DNA of 64,000 nt, from assembly GCA_965247115.1 (NCBI GenBank), contig CBDFGR010000003.1, positions 2,048,001 through 2,112,000 on the forward strand, given 5' to 3'. Positions 57,172-64,000 of the stretch are shown here, one piece after another (positions within the stretch are counted from its first letter, which is position 1; each line of letters opens with the position of its first letter). The notes beneath the pieces are model-generated. The model did no database searches. It saw only the letters and a program-made list of their open reading frames with translations, and had not been told where the DNA came from. This DNA comes from Myxococcota bacterium. GTDB lineage: Bacteria; Myxococcota_A; UBA9160; SZUA-336. The position numbers and the translations under genes were made by a program.

Positions 57172-58095
57172 TCAACGCGCCGGTCGCTCGGCCGCATCCT
57201 GGACCGAAGCCGAGAGCAAGAGATCGGCGAGGCGATCGAGCTCGGCTTCGCCGAAGTAGTGAAGCTCGATCCTGCCTCGGCCCAGTCGTCCCACGATGCG
57301 GACCTTGGTCTGCACGCTCGTGCGTAGCTGATCCTCCAGGTGGACGACATGAAGATCGCGTGTCGGTCCGCTTCGCACTTCTGGACCCGTCGATCCGGCC
57401 GCCAGCTTGCGACACAGGTCCTCGGCGGCCCTGACACTGAGACCTCCGCGCACAATCTGGTCCCGCACCATGCGGCGTTGGTCCAGAGGCGCCTGAAGAA
57501 TGGCCTTGGCATGCCCCAGCGACATCCGCTGATCGATCAGATCCTGCTGGAGCTCCTGGCTGAGCTCCAGGATTCGTAGGTGATTCGCTACAGTCGATCG
57601 ATCCAGCCCAACGCGGCGGCCTGCCTCGTCCTGCGTCATTCCCTCGTCTTCCACGAGTACCCGAAAGGCCTCCGCCAGCTCGATCGGGTTGAGATCCGCG
57701 CGCTGGACATTCTCGACCAGCGCCATCTCGACGACCTCGCGGTCGCTCGCATCGAGAATCACTGCCGGAATCTCCGCGAGGCCGGCCAGCTGGGCGGCAC
57801 GCCAGCGCCGTTCGCCGATGATCAGCTCGTAGCCATCGCCCCGCCGCCGGGCGACAACGGGCTGCAGGACCCCCTGCTCCCGGATTGACGCGGCAAGAGT
57901 GGACAGCTCGCGCTCCCGGAACTGCTTGCGCGGCTGATTCGGATTGGGGGCCACGTTGGCCACTGCGATGTACAGCGGACCGCTGGTCCCCTCTTCCGAC
58001 AGAGCAGCCTCGGGCAGTGGCCCGGACCCCGGTCGCGCGTTGGGCGGCGGAATCAAAGCGGAGAGTCCTCGACCCAGGGCCTTACGGGTTGCCAT
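57172..58095 (-). CDS. parB: Chromosome partitioning protein ParB
   Basis: LGRGL.AL, QPR, GERRWRAA, ENVQR.DL motifs and HTH. Confidence 0.95.
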   Translation of the reverse strand: MATRKALGRGLSALIPPPNARPGSGPLPEAALSEEGTSGPLYIAVANVAPNPNQPRKQFRERELSTLAASIREQGVLQPVVARRRGDGYELIIGERRWRAAQLAGLAEIPAVILDASDREVVEMALVENVQRADLNPIELAEAFRVLVEDEGMTQDEAGRRVGLDRSTVANHLRILELSQELQQDLIDQRMSLGHAKAILQAPLDQRRMVRDQIVRGGLSVRAAEDLCRKLAAGSTGPEVRSGPTRDLHVVHLEDQLRTSVQTKVRIVGRLGRGRIELHYFGEAELDRLADLLLSASVQDAAERPAR

Positions 58096-58858
58096 GCTTC
58101 ACCCTTTCGAGAAGCTCCTCAGCCAAACGCAGGTAGCTGAGGGCCCCCTTTGAGTTGATGTCATAGAGCAGCGCGGGCTCGCCGTGGCTCGGAGCCTCGG
58201 AGAGGCGAACGTTCCTGGGGATGACTGTGCTGAAGACCTTGTCCCCGAAATGCTCGCGGGCGTCCCGTGCCACCTGCAGGGACAGGTTGTTGCGGGGGTC
58301 GTACATGGTCAGAAGCAGACCCTCGAGCTCGAGCTCCGGGTTCAGCTCCGCACGGACCAGATCCATGGTGTCGATGAGTCTCGCCAGTCCCTCGAGTGCG
58401 AGATACTCGCATTGCAGCGGAATGAGCACGGAATTCGCCGCTACCAGAGCGTTCAGGGTCAGCAGTCCCAGAGACGGAGGCGTATCAATCAAAATGACCT
58501 GATAGCGGTCCCGAATGCTACTCACACAGGCCGCCAACCTGCGCTCACGGTCCGCCGCTCCAGCCAGCTCGACCTCTGCGCCGACGAGCTCACTAGAGGC
58601 CGGAATCAGCTGAAGGCACTGGAGCTGGGTCCCCAACGCAACCTCGTCGAGAGTGGCCTCCCCGGTCAACGCATCGTAGATGTCACTCTTCACGTCTCCG
58701 ACCAGATATCCCAAGCTGGACGTGGAGTTGGCCTGGGGGTCGAAGTCGATCAGCAAGGTGCGGCACTCCGCCGCTGCCAGCGAGGCTCCGAGATTGACGG
58801 CAGTCGCCGTCTTCCCCACCCCGCCTTTCTGATTCGCCAAGGCGATGATCCGCGCCAT
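58082..58858 (-). CDS. parA: Chromosome partitioning ATPase ParA/Soj
   Basis: NQKGGVGKT, DPQAN, DTPPSLG and IPRNVRLSEAPSHG motifs. Confidence 0.95.
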   Translation of the reverse strand: MARIIALANQKGGVGKTATAVNLGASLAAAECRTLLIDFDPQANSTSSLGYLVGDVKSDIYDALTGEATLDEVALGTQLQCLQLIPASSELVGAEVELAGAADRERRLAACVSSIRDRYQVILIDTPPSLGLLTLNALVAANSVLIPLQCEYLALEGLARLIDTMDLVRAELNPELELEGLLLTMYDPRNNLSLQVARDAREHFGDKVFSTVIPRNVRLSEAPSHGEPALLYDINSKGALSYLRLAEELLERVKHGNP

Positions 58859-58871
58859 CTCACCCCCCTAC

Positions 58872-59187
58872 TGTGGGACCCGCGCGCGGGCGGCCGCGCG
58901 CACCCACCTTCGCTCAGGCCTACGGCCTTCGCTGCGCGCCCCCGCCAAAGGCGGGGGCTTGCTTGTGTTTTTTGAATGTAACTCTGTGAGACCCCGCGCG
59001 CGGGCGGCCGCGCGCGCCCACCTTCGCTCAGGCCTATGGCCTTCGCTGCGCGCCCCCGCCAAAGGCGGGGGCTTGCGTGCGTTTCTTGAATGTAACTCTG
59101 TGAGACCCCGCGCGCGGGCGGCCCTCCCGCGGGTCAACGACCCGCGGGCTGCTGACTGCGCCCACCCGGTGTTTTCTGAATGTAACT
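58872..59187 (+). repeat. Tandem array of family A units (two full ~113-bp units plus one variant)
   Basis: Units start at 58872, 58985 and 59099; each ends with TGAATGTAACT. Confidence 0.9.
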
Positions 59188-59190
59188 TAC

Positions 59191-59206
59191 GGTTCCACGT
59201 GAAAGA
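59191..59206. promoter_or_regulatory. parS site
   Basis: GGTTCCACGTGAAAGA versus consensus TGTTNCACGTGAAACA; upstream of parA. Confidence 0.75.
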
Positions 59207-59293
59207 AGTAGGAAACCGTGGGGTTGCCTGGGAATTTGCTCGGGGATGGACCCTGGGGGCCTCTTGGGGGGCGCTCGCCGGGATCAGCGAGGA

Positions 59294-59860
59294 CTAGTCG
59301 TGCGTTCCACGAGAAACTTCCGCCGCATGAATGCGCAGGATGCTGCCGCCCGAGACGAGTGGAATCTCCTGGGGCTGGAGGTCGGGTGGCCGCGGCTGAG
59401 CGCTTGAGACCCAGATCCACATCTCTCCACTCGGGAGCACCCAGGGGCGAGCGATGCGCGCTGACTCCGGCGGGGGCGCAACGGCTCGCAGCAGGGCGTA
59501 GGAGTACCGCTCCTGCGGTGGATCTTCGATGCGCTGGCGTAGCACGGTCGCGTGGCTCAGATCGAGCTTGCGGACCACATGGCGCAGGAAGTTGACGCGG
59601 CGCTCGCGGGCCTCGACCAGGTCGATAATCAGGTCCGGCCGGCGCAGAGCTAGCGGGATGCCGGGAAACCCCGCCCCGCTTCCCAGATCAACGATACGAG
59701 CGCCCGAGGGCAGATGCTCTGCCGCAGCCAGGGAGTCCTCGACGTGGCGTGCCAGGGCGGCGCCGTTGGTGGATCCGACGAGATTCGTGCGGGCACCCCA
59801 GCGCCGGATCTCATCCAGATAGAGATCGAGCGGGTCGGCTCGCTCCCCGCTGCGCGTCAC
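59294..59860 (-). CDS. rsmG: 16S rRNA m7G527 methyltransferase
   Basis: NL, H..DSL, DLGSGAGFPGIPL and RAV motifs. Confidence 0.9.
   Translation of the reverse strand: MTRSGERADPLDLYLDEIRRWGARTNLVGSTNGAALARHVEDSLAAAEHLPSGARIVDLGSGAGFPGIPLALRRPDLIIDLVEARERRVNFLRHVVRKLDLSHATVLRQRIEDPPQERYSYALLRAVAPPPESARIARPWVLPSGEMWIWVSSAQPRPPDLQPQEIPLVSGGSILRIHAAEVSRGTHD
59303..59318. promoter_or_regulatory. Second, degenerate parS site within the rsmG 3' end
   Basis: CGTTCCACGAGAAACT (encodes VSRGT). Confidence 0.6.
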
Positions 59861-60495
59861 TCCGGAAGGATCTTGACCCGCCTGACCGGCCCATCTCCCT
59901 CGCTCTCGGAGCGGATCCCCCTCTCATCCTTGAGGGCATTGTGGACGACCCAGCGTTCCTTCGAGCTCATCGCCGGCAGAAGCTGGGGCTCGCCGTCGTC
60001 TCTAACGTGCCTTGCGGCCTCCTGAGCTATCTTCTCCAGCTCGCGCTCCTCCTCGGTGAGCGGACGGTCGGGGTCTCGCTCCCGTCCACCACGGCTCCGT
60101 TCGCCTCGATCGTTTCGATCGCGACCTCCACGGCCGCCTCGGTCCGCACCTCGATCACCACCCTCACGACCACGGCCCCCGCGCGCGCGCTCCCCGCCAC
60201 GACCCCGATCTCCGTCCCGCCCTCGGTCGCCGCGATCTCGGTCCCGATCGCGGCCTCGGGCGTTTCGATCCCGATCTCCTCCGCCTCGCCTGCTGTCGCC
60301 ACCCCCGCTCCGCATCTGCAGGCGGCCCCTGGGCGCGGCGATCACCAGTGCACGAACCCCCAGGCCGGAAGGGGTCTCCTCCACGGCCTTGTAGTCGAGC
60401 TCCTCTTCTGAGAGCCCGAAGTAGGAGGCCGCCTTTGCGATCGCCTCCTCACGAGTTTCCCCTGCAAATTCCCTCACTTGCGATCGATCAGCCAC
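59857..60495 (-). CDS. jag: Jag/KhpB/EloR-like protein (Jag_N, RG-rich linker, R3H)
   Basis: G.T.EEAI..A N-terminus; ER.VVH..L and SESEG.G..RRV R3H domain; downstream of yidC. Confidence 0.85.
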   Translation of the reverse strand: MADRSQVREFAGETREEAIAKAASYFGLSEEELDYKAVEETPSGLGVRALVIAAPRGRLQMRSGGGDSRRGGGDRDRNARGRDRDRDRGDRGRDGDRGRGGERARGGRGREGGDRGADRGGRGGRDRNDRGERSRGGRERDPDRPLTEEERELEKIAQEAARHVRDDGEPQLLPAMSSKERWVVHNALKDERGIRSESEGDGPVRRVKILPE

Positions 60496-60530
60496 GTTTC
60501 TTCCTTTCCTTGTGGGGCCCGGCCTGCCTT

Positions 60531-60621
60531 GTGGGACCGGCCTGCGTACGGCCGCAGGCCACCCACCTTCGCTCAGGCCTTTGGCCTTCGCTGCGCGCGC
60601 CGCTTTCGCGGCGCTTGCATG
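60531..60621 (+). repeat. Family A element between yidC and jag
   Basis: GTGGGACC...ACCCACCTTCGCTCAGGCCtttGGCCTTCGCTGCGCGCGCCGC...GCTTGCATGG. Confidence 0.88.
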
Positions 60622-60630
60622 GGTGCAGCG

Positions 60631-62325
60631 TCACTTTGTTTCCTCGGGCGCGGGTTGTCGGTTGACGAATAGCTGTTGGGCGATGCCCAGCAAGTTGCTT
60701 ACGAACCAATAGAGAACCAGCCCGGAGGGGAAGCGGTAAAAGAGAAAGATAAACATCACACTCATCATCGTCATCATCTGCTTCTGCTGCGGGTCTGCAC
60801 TGGGCGTCGGCGTCATGCGCTGCTGCAGAACCATCGTCGCGCCCATCATCAGCGGGAGAAGGCGGATGGGGATGCCCGCGATCGAGAAGAGATCCTCCGG
60901 AGCCGAGAGGTCATCGATCCAGAAAATGAAGGGTGCGTGGCGCAGCTCGATCGTGCTCTGGAGCGCGAAATACAGGGCGATCATGAAGGGCATCTGGATC
61001 AGCATCGGCAAACAGCCGCCGCCCATCGCCGTCAGGGGGTTCATCCCCTTGCGCTTATACAGGCCCATCAGCTCCTCCTGCTGCTTGCCCTTGTCGTCCT
61101 TGTACTTCTCCTGAATCTCCTTCATCTGAGGAGCGATCACCCCGAACTTCTTCATCGACTTCATCGAGCGTTGCGTCAGAGGGAACGTGGCCACGCGCAG
61201 CACGATGGTGAGCAGGATGATGGCTACCCCGTAGTTCCCCACGATATGTGCGTACGTCCAGGCCAGCATGCCCGCGAAGAGATCAACCAGGGGGCGCACG
61301 AAGGCCCAGCCGACAGCCAGGGCAGGCAGAAGCTCCGGATCGACCGAGGCGACCTTCTCGCGGACCTTTGGTCCGAGGTAGAGCCGGTAGGTCCGCTCCA
61401 CCCCGGTTCCTGGGGGCACATAGAAGGCCGGATAGTTGACCTGCGCCCAGCCCAGGTTCGGACCGAGAGGTCCGAGAAAACCTGAGGATTCTCGGGGGTT
61501 TTCGACGACGGATGCGGCCAAGAAGTACTGGCTGTCCAGACCGACCCAGGAGACGGGCGCCGGCACCGGCTCACCGGTGGGTGGGCCGCCTCCGGTAAGG
61601 CCCGAGAAGAATCCTGGGCTCCCGATCCCCTGCAGCGCCCTCCGATCGATCGCGGCGTCAGCGGAAGCCACCAGGCTGAAATTCTGAAAGCGGTCCGGGG
61701 CATCGGAGTCACGCTCTCTCCCGTACCAGACAAGCTGGAAGCGAGGCTGGATCGCAACCTCCGTCCGATTCTTGATCGAGAGCCTGAGCCGACCCCCATA
61801 GCCTGCGTCATCGATGCTGATGCGACGCGTCACTGTCAGCCCCTGGCGCTCGACCCGGAGCTCCAGCTCGTATCCGGTTGCCTGCACCACCTCGTGCTCG
61901 AGGTCCTGAAGATCCGCCAGCATGGGATCATCCCCTAGGAAAACCAGTAGGTTCCCGAGCGATGGATCCGTCACGAGCTCGACCGGACCGCCTCCTCCTC
62001 CGACCCGATCGGCGTAGTCCTTGAGCTGTACGCTCACCAGACGACCACCGACGTTGCTCACCACGATCCGCAGTGCGTCATTCTCAAGAACACGAGTCTG
62101 ACGCTGCGTCAAAGACCTCCCAGCTGCGTCATCCCGCCCTTCCGCGGCCTCGAGCGGGCTCGCTGCGATCGTTTCGAGGGGCGCTTGAGGCCCGGCGGCA
62201 GGCGGAGGAGCCGTCGGCGACGAGCCGGTCTGGCTCGGAGGGGCGGGGGATCTCCCACCGAACAAGAAGGAGAGTGCGATCAGCCCAACGGCTACGGCAA
62301 TAGCGGCGATCTGCAGGCGGTCCAC
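60631..62325 (-). CDS. yidC: Membrane protein insertase YidC
   Basis: YLGPK, NYGVAIILLT, GGCLP.LIQMP, WIDDLS and GLVLYW motifs. Confidence 0.95.
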   Translation of the reverse strand: MDRLQIAAIAVAVGLIALSFLFGGRSPAPPSQTGSSPTAPPPAAGPQAPLETIAASPLEAAEGRDDAAGRSLTQRQTRVLENDALRIVVSNVGGRLVSVQLKDYADRVGGGGGPVELVTDPSLGNLLVFLGDDPMLADLQDLEHEVVQATGYELELRVERQGLTVTRRISIDDAGYGGRLRLSIKNRTEVAIQPRFQLVWYGRERDSDAPDRFQNFSLVASADAAIDRRALQGIGSPGFFSGLTGGGPPTGEPVPAPVSWVGLDSQYFLAASVVENPRESSGFLGPLGPNLGWAQVNYPAFYVPPGTGVERTYRLYLGPKVREKVASVDPELLPALAVGWAFVRPLVDLFAGMLAWTYAHIVGNYGVAIILLTIVLRVATFPLTQRSMKSMKKFGVIAPQMKEIQEKYKDDKGKQQEELMGLYKRKGMNPLTAMGGGCLPMLIQMPFMIALYFALQSTIELRHAPFIFWIDDLSAPEDLFSIAGIPIRLLPLMMGATMVLQQRMTPTPSADPQQKQMMTMMSVMFIFLFYRFPSGLVLYWFVSNLLGIAQQLFVNRQPAPEETK

Positions 62326-62336
62326 CCAGAGCTCTC

Positions 62337-62543
62337 CTAGGGAAGGTCCAGGCCGCCCTGAGAGAGCGGGCGACAGCGGAGCAGACGACCCAGAGCACGC
62401 CGGCTCCCCGACCAGGCGCCTTCAACCCGGATGACCTCGATCGCGTACTCCGAGCAGCTCGGGTAGTAGCGACACGCCCCCCCCAGGTGTGGGGAGAGGA
62501 CCACCTGGTAGGCCCGAATGGCCGCGATCAGGAGTCCGCGCAA
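62337..62543 (-). CDS. yidD: Membrane protein insertion efficiency factor YidD (TTG start approximate)
   Basis: YQ..LSP, CRYYPSCSEYA and RLLRC.P motifs. Confidence 0.9.
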   Translation of the reverse strand: MRGLLIAAIRAYQVVLSPHLGGACRYYPSCSEYAIEVIRVEGAWSGSRRALGRLLRCRPLSQGGLDLP

Positions 62544-62881
62544 CGGATCTCGTCTGTCACTCGCGACAGATCCTCCTCTACCGCCCGTAGGCCGATGCCC
62601 TCGGGGACGTCCCGCTTCACGATCACGTTGAGGTCGCACGCTCCGAGTCCCTGTCCGCTATTTCGAAACCACTCCCGCACCAGTCGCTTGATGCGATTGC
62701 GGCGCACTGCCTTGCCGACCTTGCGGGTGACGGTGATGCCCAGGCGTGGACCACCGAGATCGCGCCGGTCGTGAACCAGCACGAGAAAGTACCGGGTGAC
62801 GAGCTTCCGTCCACGCCGACTCGCTCGAAGGAAGTCGCCCCGACGCATTCGTGGTCTGAGTGCATCGGATGGTCCGGGCAT
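62528..62881 (-). CDS. rnpA: Ribonuclease P protein component
   Basis: RLGITVTRKVGKAVRRNRIKR RNR motif. Confidence 0.93.
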   Translation of the reverse strand: MPGPSDALRPRMRRGDFLRASRRGRKLVTRYFLVLVHDRRDLGGPRLGITVTRKVGKAVRRNRIKRLVREWFRNSGQGLGACDLNVIVKRDVPEGIGLRAVEEDLSRVTDEIRCADS

Positions 62882-62893
62882 GCCCGATGGAGG

Positions 62894-63043
62894 CTACTTC
62901 CTTCTGACCTGTGGGGCGAGACGGCGGCGACCCTTCGCGCGGCGCCGCGCGAGCACACGGCGACCCGCCTTCGTGCTCATCCTGGAGCGAAAGCCGTGCG
63001 TGCGCGCCCGACGAATCCGGCTTGGCTGGAAAGTACGCTTCAC
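62894..63043 (-). CDS. rpmH: 50S ribosomal protein L34
   Basis: (M)[20 protein letters not shown] at 63043. Confidence 0.96.
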   Translation of the reverse strand: MKRTFQPSRIRRARTHGFRSRMSTKAGRRVLARRRAKGRRRLAPQVRRK

Positions 63044-63251
63044 GAGCGTCGTCCCGACAGCAACTGCTGAAAGGACAGATGCAAGCATAGGCCCCGCTGC
63101 GTGTCAACGCAGCGCGCCAGAGCACTAACACACTCGCTGCTACCAGGTCCGCAAGAAACATCTCGACGCCCGCACAATGATTCTTGCTTTGCTGCGCGGC
63201 GCTCTGATATGAGCAGGTTCACGCCACATCGAGACGGTGCACACTCCCTCC

Positions 63252-64000
63252 ATGATCACCAGTGTGGGCCCCCACTCTTCTCTCCGGGAAGCCGAGTCGC
63301 TCTGGAAGTCGCTGGTCAACTACGAGCCAGAGCGTCTCCCTGGGCGCACACGCCAGGATCTCGTCGCAAACAGTCGCTGCCTCGATCTTTCAACAGACAC
63401 GCTGCGCGTCGCACTCGATGCTGCACGGGTCCGCGCGTGGATCGACGACAGCTCGCTAGGCTCCCTCGGAACCGCGCTCCACGCTGTGACGGCAGGTGCA
63501 GTGGAGCTGGCGTTAGTTCCACTCGAAGCGGCCACGACCCGGGAACAAGATTCGAGCTACAGCTTCACTTCGTTTATCACGAGTCCGTCCAACCAGCCGG
63601 CGTTTGCGCTCGCTTCCGAGTTCGCGCGCCAGCGTGACAGCGCAACCACACTCTTTGTCCACGGCCGGCAGGGCTCGGGAAAGAGTCACCTCTTGCGCGC
63701 GATCGCCGCGGAGCTCGATCTCGCCGATCCGGCTGGAGAGGTCATCTGCTGCGGTGCCGCGGAGCTGTCACTGGAGCTGATCGGGGCGATCTGGAACAAC
63801 AACCTGGAGCAGTTTCGCCGCAAGCTCGGCAAGGCCTCGGCTCTGCTCGTCGACGACGTCGACGCTCTCGCGGGCCGGGAGGCGACGCAGGACGAGCTGG
63901 CCCACAGCTTGAAGAAGCTCGCGGGTGTCCCGGTCGTGTTCTCGGCCTCGGACGGAGTGGAGCGTGTGCGAGATCTGATCGCACCCCTCCACGAGCAGCT
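63252..64000 (+). CDS. dnaA: Divergent DnaA-like AAA+ protein, runs off the window edge (absent from the ORF track)
   Basis: Manual translation gives YSFTSFITSPSNQ, LFVHGRQGSGKSHLL and LLVDDVDALAGREATQDEL; divergent from rpmH. Confidence 0.7.
   Translation, partial: MITSVGPHSSLREAESLWKSLVNYEPERLPGRTRQDLVANSRCLDLSTDTLRVALDAARVRAWIDDSSLGSLGTALHAVTAGAVELALVPLEAATTREQDSSYSFTSFITSPSNQPAFALASEFARQRDSATTLFVHGRQGSGKSHLLRAIAAELDLADPAGEVICCGAAELSLELIGAIWNNNLEQFRRKLGKASALLVDDVDALAGREATQDELAHSLKKLAGVPVVFSASDGVERVRDLIAPLHEQ

Noticed and set aside
58872..59187. Possible CRISPR array
   Set aside because: Units are ~113 bp and near-identical throughout, there are no unique spacers, and no cas genes are in the window

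Overview
This is a high-GC core-chromosome window, probably from a Myxococcota/deltaproteobacterial-type bacterium (inferred from gene order), that runs up to the replication-origin gene cluster. Housekeeping content: tat genes, an acyl-CoA carboxylase/maeB operon, argH-dapF-dapA-dapB, porin-glnB-glnA, tRNA-Ala(CGC), peptide and B12/iron ABC transporters, eno, the F1 plus b/b' ATP synthase genes, parAB/parS, rsmG-jag-yidC-yidD-rnpA-rpmH and a divergent dnaA-like gene. No transposase, integrase, prophage or CRISPR array is visible. The least explained structure is non-coding. At least three families of short palindromic repeats (called A, B and C here) show compensatory stem changes and are combined with two shared modules (D and E) into shuffled composite cassettes. 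Coding DNA running into these elements appears strand-specifically G-depleted. Unusual proteins include a DHDPS-fold aldolase coupled to a PfkB-KdsD fusion (possible Kdo salvage), a DnaA lacking its arginine finger, an Hsp70 with a ~140-aa linker insertion, and two His-less kinase-like proteins. All product calls come from motif recognition by eye; no database searches were run.
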